Positions 23,702 to 31,752 of a stretch of DNA of 39,061 bases are shown in pieces (position 1 is the first letter of the stretch; the number at the start of each line of letters is the position of its first letter). Source of the DNA: an uncultured Streptosporangiaceae bacterium (GTDB lineage Bacteria > Actinomycetota > Actinomycetes > Streptosporangiales > Streptosporangiaceae); NCBI GenBank assembly GCA_964250865.1, contig CAXUJF010000006.1, forward strand, positions 1-39,061, in the 5' to 3' direction. The translations under genes and the position numbers were made by a program. Under the pieces are notes generated by a model, which saw nothing but the letters and a program-made list of their open reading frames with translations, did no database searches and had not been told where the DNA came from.

Positions 23702-24046
23702 TTACTCGATCGTCATCGCTGTCCGAAGCACGAAGGTGCCCTCATTTTCGTCGTTGGGGTTCAGAGGGTCCATAAAGGCGGTCACCGGCCGTCCCGCATA
23801 GGTAGTGCCCCTTGCCATCACACGGCGCCCGTTCTTCTGGTCTTCGACCCACCTCGCCTCGGCGTCCCTAGCGAGCAGCACGGCCTCTCGTACCTCATCG
23901 CCAGTCAGCCAGTGGTTCTCCTTCTGCCTGATCTTGGCTTCGACCGCAGGTGGGATGTCGAGACGCGCGATCACCACCTCGGCCATAGCTTGCCAGGCTA
24001 GCGGGCCATCGGTGCGGACGGTCAGACTTCGGCTCTGCCTCTTCAT
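23702..24046 (-). CDS. hypothetical protein (weak BrnT/DUF497-like pattern, possible toxin)
   Basis: ATG at 24046 behind GGAAGGGG. AKIRQKENHWLTGDEVREAV....GRRVMARGTTYAGRPVTAF resembles the BrnT-type layout (weak). Confidence 0.45.
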   Translation of the reverse strand: MKRQSRSLTVRTDGPLAWQAMAEVVIARLDIPPAVEAKIRQKENHWLTGDEVREAVLLARDAEARWVEDQKNGRRVMARGTTYAGRPVTAFMDPLNPNDENEGTFVLRTAMTIE

Positions 24047-24169
24047 GCCCCTTCCGGGGCTAAAACAGCTAGTCACGCATATACACATCGGCAGCACGCT
24101 GACGAAGCCGCGAAGCACAGCCAGGGCGACCCTTCCGGAAGCCTGTCTTCAGGGCTCTGCCGCCTCAGC

Positions 24170-24388
24170 CTATGCTCGCGAAATAGTAAATCCCCGCTGC
24201 TCACAGTCTTGCTGGACTTCCTCAAGGCGATACACGGCGTTCTCGGCAACGCCCCCTCGATGGGTGATGGTCACATACGAGTCGTCGTACTCCTCGTGGC
24301 CGCGGCGTCCGGCGTACTGCAGGACCCTCATCGGATCGCGCGCCTCAAAACGCTCACCACGCTCAAGATCGTTAAGGTTGACCGCCAT
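24170..24388 (-). CDS. small hypothetical protein
   Basis: ATG at 24388 within ORF 24170..24445. Its start codon shares the CCATGG at 24385-90 with the divergent ParB-like gene. Confidence 0.35.
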   Translation of the reverse strand: MAVNLNDLERGERFEARDPMRVLQYAGRRGHEEYDDSYVTITHRGGVAENAVYRLEEVQQDCEQRGFTISRA

Positions 24389-24800
24389 GGCCGTCAAAGT
24401 AGCTGACTCCAACCCTGGTGATGGGGATTTCGAAGGGCTCGGCACTGTCCGTAGGTGTGACGCTCACTGTGGTCGTCACGTGATGGTCAAGGTTGCCGTA
24501 ATTGCCGACTGGCTCCATGGGAACACCGACGCCGACCTTGCCTTGGTCCGGGAGTGGGCTGCTCGAGCTGACCTCTGGAAACCCGGGCACTGTCGCCTAA
24601 ACCACGATGAGCTGGTCTCAAGGATCAGGACGGCAGGCGGCGTTGATTGCGAACATGCGCTGAAAGCGACGGTGCCAGTTACGGGCGTCATCAAGCTCAA
24701 TGATGGCGTACACCGATACGCGGTGGCGGTGGAACTTGGACTTGCCACTGTCCCGGTAAAGCTGTCGACTAACACTGAATCCCCTATGGCTTGGCCGTGA
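24387..24800 (+). CDS. ParB/Srx-fold nuclease-like protein, copy inside the island
   Basis: C-terminal 137 aa of ORF 23805..24800. The start is fixed by homology to 67..483 (MAVKVADS vs MADNVAGS). Contains the DGVHRYAVAVELGL motif. Confidence 0.7.
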   Translation: MAVKVADSNPGDGDFEGLGTVRRCDAHCGRHVMVKVAVIADWLHGNTDADLALVREWAARADLWKPGHCRLNHDELVSRIRTAGGVDCEHALKATVPVTGVIKLNDGVHRYAVAVELGLATVPVKLSTNTESPMAWP

Positions 24801-24810
24801 CTAGCGCTGA

Positions 24811-25011
24811 TCAGCCCCGCGTCTTCCCATCGCGAATCTTGGCGATGTACTCCTTCGTCCAGCCTGCGTGACGTGCGATGCGTGACGGCCCGCGGCCGTC
24901 GCTGAGCGCTTCCCTGATCAGCTTCATGAGATCAGCGTGCGCGGTATCGAGCCGCCGCCTGGCCTGCTCTAGCTTGCGGTCGAGTTCGTCGGGTTCGTCT
25001 GCCTCTGCCAT
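24811..25011 (-). CDS. small HTH DNA-binding protein
   Basis: 66 aa: a helical N-terminus followed by PSRIARHAGWTKEYIAKIR (HTH). Same architecture as 34298..34498. Confidence 0.6.
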   Translation of the reverse strand: MAEADEPDELDRKLEQARRRLDTAHADLMKLIREALSDGRGPSRIARHAGWTKEYIAKIRDGKTRG

Positions 25012-25021
25012 AGGGCCATAC

Positions 25022-25091
25022 TAACTTAGTTAACGAACAAAGTTGACTCGATGCGTCTGGCAAGCTAACTTTGTTATTGAACAAAGTTGAC
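25022..25091. promoter_or_regulatory. Divergent promoter/operator region with three AACAAAGTT boxes
   Basis: GAACAAAGTTGAC at 25035 and 25079. Inverted AACTTTGTT at 25066. Palindrome TAACTTAGTTA at 25022. TTGACT (25043) with TAACTT 17 nt downstream looks like a -35/-10 pair. Confidence 0.5.
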
Positions 25092-25107
25092 GCTATGGGG
25101 GGACGAG

Positions 25108-25485
25108 ATGACCAGTACGAACGGCGCTGAGCGCAACGAGCAGCGGTGCCTCCGCTGCGGACGCAAGATCACTGCGGCAGCGAGCCGCGCGGCGGGCATG
25201 GGCCGCACCTGCCAGGCCCGCGTCAGGGATGCGCTCGCCACGGCCGTGCGGCCCGGCGTCAAGGCCGAGCAGGTCGCCAAGGCCGTCGAGCTCATCGCGC
25301 AGGGCGGCGTCGTCCCCCCCTCCCGGCCGGCCGTGTTCCGCACGGTCGGCAGCGCCGGAGACGTCATCTACCTCACCCACGCGGCGACCTGCACGTGCCC
25401 GGCCGGGCTGCGCGCGCGGCGTTGCTACCACTCAGTTGCCGTCGAGCTGATGACCACCGCGGCGACCATCCAGCGGGCCGCGTGA
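25108..25485 (+). CDS. SWIM zinc-finger protein
   Basis: ATG at 25108 behind GGGGGGACGAG. N-terminal RCLRCGRKI...GMGRTC zinc-ribbon-like segment. C-terminal CTCPAGLRARRCYH fits the SWIM signature CxCx(n)CxH. Confidence 0.7.
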   Translation: MTSTNGAERNEQRCLRCGRKITAAASRAAGMGRTCQARVRDALATAVRPGVKAEQVAKAVELIAQGGVVPPSRPAVFRTVGSAGDVIYLTHAATCTCPAGLRARRCYHSVAVELMTTAATIQRAA

Positions 25486-25604
25486 TGGCCGTCCGGCTCG
25501 AGGAACTGCGCGCCAGCCTTGCCGCAGCAGGCATCACCGCGACCTCGCCCGCCCAGCTGGACGCCGAGGCCGAGCAGCTCGCACAAGAGGAACGTCAAGG
25601 CTGA
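25485..25604 (+). CDS. small hypothetical protein (39 aa)
   Basis: The ATG overlaps the upstream stop (TGATG). Below the ORF-track size cut in its own right. Confidence 0.35.
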   Translation: MAVRLEELRASLAAAGITATSPAQLDAEAEQLAQEERQG

Positions 25605-25744
25605 TGGATTGCTACTACTGCGACGAGCCGATTACCGGGACGCCGGTCACGGACGCGGGCGACCCGCTACGGCGTACGTGGTGCAGCGACGAGTGCCACG
25701 ATGACAGCGCGCAGGCGTGGATGGAGCAGCACTACCAGGCATGA
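25604..25744 (+). CDS. small zinc-ribbon-like protein (46 aa)
   Basis: Hand translation: MDCYYCDEPITG...RTWCSDECHDDSAQAWMEQHYQA. The ATG overlaps the previous stop (TGATG). Not in the ORF track (<60 aa). Confidence 0.45.
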   Translation: MDCYYCDEPITGTPVTDAGDPLRRTWCSDECHDDSAQAWMEQHYQA

Positions 25745-25807
25745 TGCGCACCGCGGCCAGCGCCGGGACGGACACGTTCCGGCGCTGCGCATTTCCCGGC
25801 AAACGCG

Positions 25808-26167
25808 TCAGGTGAGATCAGCCGTTCCGATCACCTGGCGCATTTCGCAGGCGTCGCAGACGGTGAACACAACCGTCAGGTGACCGATGCCGGCCCATGC
25901 CCAGCCACACGATGGGAACTGGCCGCAAAGGTCGCACAGGCGGTCATCGATCGGCACGACAGCCTCGCGCGGGTAGCAGTCCTGGCACCATGCAGCAGGA
26001 ACAGCAACGTCCGTCCATATCTGGCCGCTGGTCGCCGCTTCCCGAAGATGAGGGCAGCCTGTTGCTTTCCCGCTGCTGAGGTCACCGACGAGCTTGTCCG
26101 CGTACGTTCTGATGATCTGGCCAGCGTCGGGAGTTGCCGGACCCGTGAACATCGGGCCTGGCGTCAC
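25808..26167 (-). CDS. Cys-rich hypothetical protein
   Basis: 119-aa ORF with a GTGA overlap to the upstream gene. About 10 Cys, including CQDC, CDLC and CDAC pairs. Confidence 0.55.
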   Translation of the reverse strand: MTPGPMFTGPATPDAGQIIRTYADKLVGDLSSGKATGCPHLREAATSGQIWTDVAVPAAWCQDCYPREAVVPIDDRLCDLCGQFPSCGWAWAGIGHLTVVFTVCDACEMRQVIGTADLT

Positions 26168-26418
26168 GCGTCGCCGCCCGCGTCCAGGTCTTTTAGGTCG
26201 GACCCGAACAATCGCATCTCCTCGTGCGTGCGCGGCTTGACCCGGCCCGCGCGGATCCCCTGCTCGCGATCAGCCTTGCGGAACGCACGGAGTCCCGCGC
26301 GGACGCGTTCGCGCTGCTGCTCGATGGTCGCATCCTCTGGTAGCGGCTCGAGCCCCTCCAGTGCCGCTTCAAGCGCAGCACGATTCGCGCGCCGTTTCGG
26401 CCGTCCGGCCATGGTCAT
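26164..26418 (-). CDS. small basic hypothetical protein
   Basis: ATG at 26418 (MTMAGRPKRR) within ORF 26164..26613. 84 aa. Confidence 0.5.
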   Translation of the reverse strand: MTMAGRPKRRANRAALEAALEGLEPLPEDATIEQQRERVRAGLRAFRKADREQGIRAGRVKPRTHEEMRLFGSDLKDLDAGGDA

Positions 26419-26488
26419 TCCCCCCTCAATAGCCGATCCGCCGCCATCAGGCGGTCGGTAGCGCCCTGCAGCGTCATCGCCTGGGCGA

Positions 26489-27283
26489 TCAAGTTTCCCC
26501 ACTGCGACCGCCTCGGCGATGGTGCATGGCGGTGTAGGACTCCCGTTCGATCGCCCTGAGCTTCCGCTGCCGCCGCTGCCGGGCCTTGAAGGCGTGCCAG
26601 TCGTTGATGGCATCTGCGTTCCTGCCGATCTTGGCCAGGTTGCCTGACGTGAGGTACATCAGGTGATCAGCAATCGCCACGGCCTCGCCCGACCCGATCA
26701 GACCGGGCGGCCATGGCAGGTCGCCGCGCCGAGCGGCGACCTGCGCCTGGTGCAGTCGGTCAATCGCATCCGGGTAGAGGCCGCCGAGTGCGGCCACTGC
26801 GTAGGGCGCGAGCAGCACGGCCGGGACCGGAAGGCCATCGCCGAGGTTTCGCAGAGCGTGCCGCTTGTGCGTTCGTTCCGACCATGGCGATTCAGCGATG
26901 AGGGACGGACCTGCGGCGTCGCACAACTCTCGGGTGAGCGGCACGACGTTCTCGCAGTCGATCGCCCACGCGAGCCATGCCAGCGTCGAACGCCTCGGCC
27001 GCCGCTGGCCGCGTTCAAGCCGGGAGATGGTTGACCGGGCGACCCCCGACCGCCTCTCCATGTCGAGCGTGCTCATCTCCCCGGCGATGCGCATCTCGCG
27101 GACGAGCTTGCCGACACCGGCCGCGATAAGTTCCTGCTCGAAATCTGGCGGGCGCCCGGTGACCGGTACGCCGTTGACGCAGCGCACGACATACTGCGGA
27201 CCCGGCCGAGGTGCCGCAACATTGTTCGTCTGGTCATTGGATTGATCCAGAGTCGCTGACCTGCGGTTATGCGATATAGCCAT
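26489..27283 (-). CDS. XRE-family HTH regulator
   Basis: MSTLDMERRSGVARSTISRLERGQRRP is a Cro/C1-type HTH. 264 aa. Confidence 0.75.
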   Translation of the reverse strand: MAISHNRRSATLDQSNDQTNNVAAPRPGPQYVVRCVNGVPVTGRPPDFEQELIAAGVGKLVREMRIAGEMSTLDMERRSGVARSTISRLERGQRRPRRSTLAWLAWAIDCENVVPLTRELCDAAGPSLIAESPWSERTHKRHALRNLGDGLPVPAVLLAPYAVAALGGLYPDAIDRLHQAQVAARRGDLPWPPGLIGSGEAVAIADHLMYLTSGNLAKIGRNADAINDWHAFKARQRRQRKLRAIERESYTAMHHRRGGRSGET

Positions 27284-27380
27284 GGATCAACCGACCATCC
27301 GGCTCGTTGCCCAATGCGCACGCGCACGCATTTACAGACTCGTTGCCCCCGCGCGCTGTGCTCGTCATGGTGCTGCTCGA

Positions 27381-28172
27381 TCAGCCATGGGCGGCCTCGT
27401 CGTTCTCAAAGTCTTGAGTGATCGGCACTTCCACGTCTTCCCACACTTCGCCGTCTTCGCGAGTGCAAAGAGCGGTGGCCACCACGGTGCCGTGTGCGTT
27501 GTCACCCCGGCCAACTCTCCACCGGGCCGGCCTTCCAAGCCGAAGAGGCGATACCTGCCCTGGCTCTCCGGGAAACCCGAAGTCGTTGGCCATCAGGGAT
27601 GTGCTCGTCGGCGCTCCTCCCCGTCCGAACCACGCACCCGTGGGCACGGCCAACAGCATCTTCAACAGTGGCTGAGGTGTCGAGGCGTCGAGGCGGACCT
27701 CCAGCCAGGCGTTAGTCGGGCCGCCGCTGGTGGAATCCGGAACGAGACGGCCCGTCAGCTTCGGACACGTCCGGTCGTATTCTCTGCGCTTCTCGATGTT
27801 CAGGATCTCTCTAGCCGACCTAGCGCTGTCCTCGGCGGCCTTAGCGCTGTCCTGAGCCGATGCGGCGCTGTCCCTGGAGGTTTTGGCGCTGTCCTCGGCG
27901 GACTGGGCACTGCGGCGCTGATAGTAAAGAGCACCACCGGAAAGCAGCAATGCGACGATCGATACCACGAGTGCCACGTGCCCCGCGGTGATCATGCCTT
28001 TGTGTGTCACTGGCTGAGCGGCCTGCTGTAGCGGAATCATCCGGTAATGCTTCATGCGCGGATAGTAGCGGTCGGCGCACCGGCATCGGCCATAGTAAAT
28101 GAACGCATCATCGTCGTGCGGCTCGCGGCAGCGCGTTTTCTGGTCATGCCAGCAGACGAACGTCGCAGTCAC
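27381..28172 (-). CDS. Membrane-anchored protein with a Cys-rich N-terminus and a heptad DSA repeat
   Basis: GTG at 28172 is favoured by high GC3 upstream of the ATG at 28055 (alternative start). TM VALVVSIVALLLSGGALYY. Four repeats of x-[ERQ]-D-S-A-x-x encoded by 21-nt DNA repeats. Confidence 0.55.
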   Translation of the reverse strand: MTATFVCWHDQKTRCREPHDDDAFIYYGRCRCADRYYPRMKHYRMIPLQQAAQPVTHKGMITAGHVALVVSIVALLLSGGALYYQRRSAQSAEDSAKTSRDSAASAQDSAKAAEDSARSAREILNIEKRREYDRTCPKLTGRLVPDSTSGGPTNAWLEVRLDASTPQPLLKMLLAVPTGAWFGRGGAPTSTSLMANDFGFPGEPGQVSPLRLGRPARWRVGRGDNAHGTVVATALCTREDGEVWEDVEVPITQDFENDEAAHG

Positions 28173-28213
28173 TTCGGCGCCTGCGAGCGTGATGCCGCAG
28201 CGGGTGCGACGAG

Positions 28214-28411
28214 CTAGCGATAAACGCCGTGTGCGAGCGAGTACATGCCCGAGTCGCAAGGCTGCCAGGCACCACGCATAAGGCGGTCGTCCCCGTAGGT
28301 CGCGCTGGCGGCTGCTCCGTCCGCACTTCGGTAGATGGCCTTACCGTTCTCGGCGTCCTGGCCGTCGAGCGGACCGCCGACGTACCGGACAGACGTTGCT
28401 GTATCGGTCAT
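28214..28411 (-). CDS. small hypothetical protein
   Basis: ATG at 28411 directly behind GGAAGGAGAGGA. 65 aa. Confidence 0.6.
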   Translation of the reverse strand: MTDTATSVRYVGGPLDGQDAENGKAIYRSADGAAASATYGDDRLMRGAWQPCDSGMYSLAHGVYR

Positions 28412-28432
28412 TCCTCTCCTTCCGACCCTGGC

Positions 28433-28712
28433 TTGCGGGGTTTAGCTTTTTTATTGCGGGGTTTAGATCGGTGAAAATTCCTAAACCCCGTAGGATCTCG
28501 ACTCTCTGACCTGCGGTTACGGGGTTTGCGGTGTTTACGGGGTTTAATTTCCACGCGCGCACACGGGACGATGCCCTTAGTAGCGCTGGGCCCAAAACAA
28601 ACCCCGCAAACCCCGTAAACACCGCAGCGGTACCCCTGACCTGCGGAAACATGGGTGCGGGGTTTAGAAAAGCCGCAAACTCTAAACCCCGCAGACGCTC
28701 TAAACCCCGCAG
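28433..28712. repeat. Iteron field: ten (G)CGGGGTTTA(G) / CTAAACCCCG(C) boxes; candidate replication origin
   Basis: Forward copies at 28433, 28454, 28517, 28535, 28655. Inverted copies at 28481, 28598, 28607, 28682, 28700. CTGACCTGCGG at 28506 and 28636. Non-coding, directly 3' of the helicase gene. Confidence 0.7.
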
Positions 28713-28715
28713 CGG

Positions 28716-30323
28716 TCACTCGGTGGCCTCGTCCACGCGCCACGTGTTGACCTTGGTCCGCTTGTCCTGCTCGCAGCGCAGCACGAACGATCCGCGCCAG
28801 CGGCCGATCTGCCCGGCGAGGATCTTGCCCGCCGACCTCGCGGGCGACTGCATTGCCTTGCTGCGTGGGAGGTTGAACGTCCCTTCCCACGGATCGAGGC
28901 CGCCGGGCGGCACGTCGGCCGAGGCGCACAGCTCAGCCGCGGTGAGCCACCGTTCGCCGTGGATCGTGCGCCACTGGGCGAAGAACGCCGTCCACTGGGA
29001 CTCTTCATCGTCGATGTTCCGCACGGTGTCGACGTTGGCGAGGAACCCGCCGATGCCGTGGTGAGCGAGGAACCCGCCGACCGCCTCGGCCCACGGCGTG
29101 AACTGCCGCATGGTGAGGCCCTGGTGCCGGGGTGCCCCGTTGCGTGTCCAGTCGGCGACCAGGACGAGCAGGTGCCACAGAACGTCCCGCTGGTTGTCCG
29201 GGGCGAGGATCCACTGATCGAGGTGGGGGATCTCGAATCCGGTACGGTCTTCCGGCCGCGGGGTGTCGGGGTTGAGGCCGACCAGGACCGCACGTGTCCG
29301 CATGTCGCCACCGAGCCGCAGGTTATTGCCCGTTGCCGTCCATACGCGGTCATTGGCGAACGACGCCGTTGAGTTTTTCCCGAGCAGCCGGTCGGCCCAC
29401 GTCCGGTCAGTGATCAGCCGTGCGAGCACGGGTGAGTCAATGGCGGTTCCCTCGGCGAGGTTGTCGAAGATGATCGTGCCGACCGGATCGGCGAGAACCG
29501 ACGTGATCGCCTTGCGGAGTTCCTCGTCCGAGTTCGTCCACGTGAGCACGCGCTGCCCGTAGAGCATCCCGAGGCCGCAGGTCAGGATCGTTTTTCCTGA
29601 GCTGGGCATGGTCGACGTGACGACGCCGAACGGGATGAGCGTGCGCAGATAGGACCGCAGGACGGGGGTTACCAGCAGCGCGAGGTAATTCGCCTTGTCC
29701 GCGTCGCCGACCCATGGGAAGTCACCCAGGAAACGGTGCAGGAGAAACTCGCGCGCGGCCCGTACCTGCATCGCGCTCGGCTCGGCCGGGACCGGCTTGA
29801 GCGGCACCTTGCTGGCCAGATACAGGCCGGTCGCCCGGTCGTACCCGGCCGTCTGCAGCAGCGACCCGTCAGGCCGCAGGACCGGGGCCCCGACGATGCC
29901 GTAGAGCGGCTGCAGGTCCGGCCACTCTTTCGGCGCGAGCGCGGCGGCGAGCACACTCGGCGGCGGCGTCACTTCCTCCCGGTCAGCCTTCGGCCGGCCC
30001 TTGTCGTCCTTCCGCATGACGGTCTTGTAGGTGAACGTGTTCGCGGCCAGGAGGGCGGCCAGCTCAGGCGCGCGTATCTCGCTGGCCGTGACCGGAAGCG
30101 GCGAGTCTTCATCGCCCGACGCGGCACCCGGCGTTCCCGATACGCGCTCCACGTGGACGACCTGACCGGCACTGACGTAGGTACCGGGGATCGTGCCCGC
30201 GTCGATCGCGTCGCGCAGCGCCCGAATGGTGACCGGGCCCGTGCCCGTCTCAATCGGCGGCTTATCCCCGCCGGGGCTGACGGAGTGCAGAACGAGAGCG
30301 CTCGTCCCGTCAATGTCGCTCAC
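28716..30323 (-). CDS. SF3-type P-loop helicase (phage/plasmid primase-associated)
   Basis: 535 aa. Walker A TSTMPSSGKT, Walker B-like GTIIFDN, motif C-like VWTATGNN. GTGA-coupled to the Prim-Pol gene. Confidence 0.75.
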   Translation of the reverse strand: MSDIDGTSALVLHSVSPGGDKPPIETGTGPVTIRALRDAIDAGTIPGTYVSAGQVVHVERVSGTPGAASGDEDSPLPVTASEIRAPELAALLAANTFTYKTVMRKDDKGRPKADREEVTPPPSVLAAALAPKEWPDLQPLYGIVGAPVLRPDGSLLQTAGYDRATGLYLASKVPLKPVPAEPSAMQVRAAREFLLHRFLGDFPWVGDADKANYLALLVTPVLRSYLRTLIPFGVVTSTMPSSGKTILTCGLGMLYGQRVLTWTNSDEELRKAITSVLADPVGTIIFDNLAEGTAIDSPVLARLITDRTWADRLLGKNSTASFANDRVWTATGNNLRLGGDMRTRAVLVGLNPDTPRPEDRTGFEIPHLDQWILAPDNQRDVLWHLLVLVADWTRNGAPRHQGLTMRQFTPWAEAVGGFLAHHGIGGFLANVDTVRNIDDEESQWTAFFAQWRTIHGERWLTAAELCASADVPPGGLDPWEGTFNLPRSKAMQSPARSAGKILAGQIGRWRGSFVLRCEQDKRTKVNTWRVDEATE

Positions 30324-31210
30324 GCGGCCCCCTGACGGGGCGTGCTGGCGCCCGCGCGGAATCCCGATGCGATCGTGCGCCGTGTCTCGCCCGGCCGCTG
30401 GCCGACCTGCTGCGCCGCTGCCGCGAGCGCCTCGGCTGCGGTGTCCTCGTCCAGGGCCCCGGCCGCGACGACGCTGCCGACCTTGAGCGCCGCCGTGAAC
30501 AGCGCGTCATTGTGCTGGCCGTCCGGGGAGTCGAGCACCCGTTGCACTTCACCGCGCAGCACTGCCTCGGCGTAGCGGTTCGCGCGGCCAAGGTCGGGCA
30601 GCTGGGCGACGTTGTTCCGTGCCGGGCGTTCCGGCTCACGCAGGCGTTCCGTCCAGACATCAGGCAGCGGCGTAAGTGCCCGGCGCCAGTCGGCACGCCA
30701 CTCGTAAGGCTCACCCGTCCGGGGATGCCGTGAGGGCGCGACCACGATGTAACCGCCGTCTGCCTTGACGTCGACCCCGATGCCGCCTTTACGGGCGCCT
30801 GACGGGATCCGCACGCCGGGGTGCGAGTAGATCAGGTGATATCCGCCGCCGCCGGTTCGCTGGGCCAGCGTCCGGGGCAGCTCGCCCGCTTCCATCGCCG
30901 CCCGCATGGTCGGCAGGCCGTGCGGCGCGTCCACGTCGATTACCACCGTGCCCGAGGCGGCCCCGGTGCGGACGGCGAGCAGGCCGCGCGGGTAGCGGCG
31001 GATCATCTCGGCCGCCCGGTCGGCGTCCAGCGTGGCCGCATAGAGCGCGTGACAAGACAGGCACGTGCAGGCTTCCATTTGCTCGGCGGTCGTGTGCTGC
31101 TCGCGGCACGGATCGCACAGCGCCACGGGCACCTTGCTCGCGGAGAGCACGAACACGGGCCAGCCCCGGCCGATGTACGCTCGCGCGGCGGCGAGCTGGT
31201 CGGCCGTCAC
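30320..31210 (-). CDS. Bifunctional DNA primase/polymerase (Prim-Pol domain)
   Basis: YIGRGWPVFVL, VVIDVDAPHG, TGGGGYHLIY and VDVKADGGYIVVAPS are the AEP Prim-Pol motifs. GTGA overlaps on both sides. Confidence 0.85.
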   Translation of the reverse strand: MTADQLAAARAYIGRGWPVFVLSASKVPVALCDPCREQHTTAEQMEACTCLSCHALYAATLDADRAAEMIRRYPRGLLAVRTGAASGTVVIDVDAPHGLPTMRAAMEAGELPRTLAQRTGGGGYHLIYSHPGVRIPSGARKGGIGVDVKADGGYIVVAPSRHPRTGEPYEWRADWRRALTPLPDVWTERLREPERPARNNVAQLPDLGRANRYAEAVLRGEVQRVLDSPDGQHNDALFTAALKVGSVVAAGALDEDTAAEALAAAAQQVGQRPGETRRTIASGFRAGASTPRQGAA

Positions 31211-31584
31211 GCCGCTGCCTCATTGCCGCCGGTCCGGCCATACGTGCGAGCGATGGCGATAGTCACGCGGTGACCGCACGGCAGGCGCCTCGGCCCGGTC
31301 ACGTCGGCCAGCTCGCGGGCCCGGCCGAGGTGTGGATTCCGGCAGTGCGGGCAGGTGGCGAGGTACCACCAGCACCGACGCCGGCCGGACGGCACGAGCA
31401 GGGACACGCGCGCGGTGAGCGGCGGTTCCGCTGCTGCGCTGCGCCGCCGCTGTCGCGCGGTCGCTAGGCGATTGTCAGCCCCGGCGGTTATGCTGGTCGC
31501 CTGGGATGCAGTTGCGGTGACGTTCTGGTTTGGGCCGGTCTCGAGGTGGCGACCTCGGGGCCGGTCACTGCTTTCAGGGGACAT
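31207..31584 (-). CDS. small zinc-finger-like protein upstream of Prim-Pol
   Basis: 125-aa ORF. CPHCRNPH....PCGH motif. Coupled (GTGA) to Prim-Pol. Confidence 0.55.
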   Translation of the reverse strand: MSPESSDRPRGRHLETGPNQNVTATASQATSITAGADNRLATARQRRRSAAAEPPLTARVSLLVPSGRRRCWWYLATCPHCRNPHLGRARELADVTGPRRLPCGHRVTIAIARTYGRTGGNEAAA

Positions 31585-31752
31585 CGGTCATTGCCTCACT
31601 TCCGTTACGTGAGGCCCACGAACCCGCCAGGGGCTACCCGTGTACGCGCTGTATGACGAGTTCGCTAGTCGTCGTGCTGCGGGGGCTGCAAGGCCGCCAG
31701 GACCACCCTTCCCCGCCCGACACGTCACCTTGGCACTAGCCATCGGTGGTGG

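Noticed and set aside
23805-24386. N-terminal 194 aa of the 331-aa plus-strand ORF 23805..24800
   Set aside because: Only the last 137 aa are homologous to 67..483, starting at the equivalent Met. The upstream part is antisense to 23702..24046 and 24170..24388 and looks non-coding.
27256-27269. 14-nt identity CTGACCTGCGGTTA with 28506..28519
   Set aside because: A few exact 14-mer matches are expected by chance in 39 kb of biased-composition DNA. This copy lies inside the XRE coding sequence. Only the two copies within the iteron field are treated as meaningful.
28433-28712. GGGGTTTAG units resemble eukaryotic-type telomere repeats, or could mark a linear-plasmid end
   Set aside because: The copies are interspersed, in both orientations, and internal to an integrated element bounded by att sites. 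The location beside rep genes fits iterons.
28716-30323. Could this P-loop protein be the missing TraB/FtsK-like conjugative translocase?
   Set aside because: It has no N-terminal TM segments and no FtsK motifs. It carries an SF3 motif C-like TATGNN and is GTGA-coupled to a Prim-Pol gene, so it is a replicative helicase.
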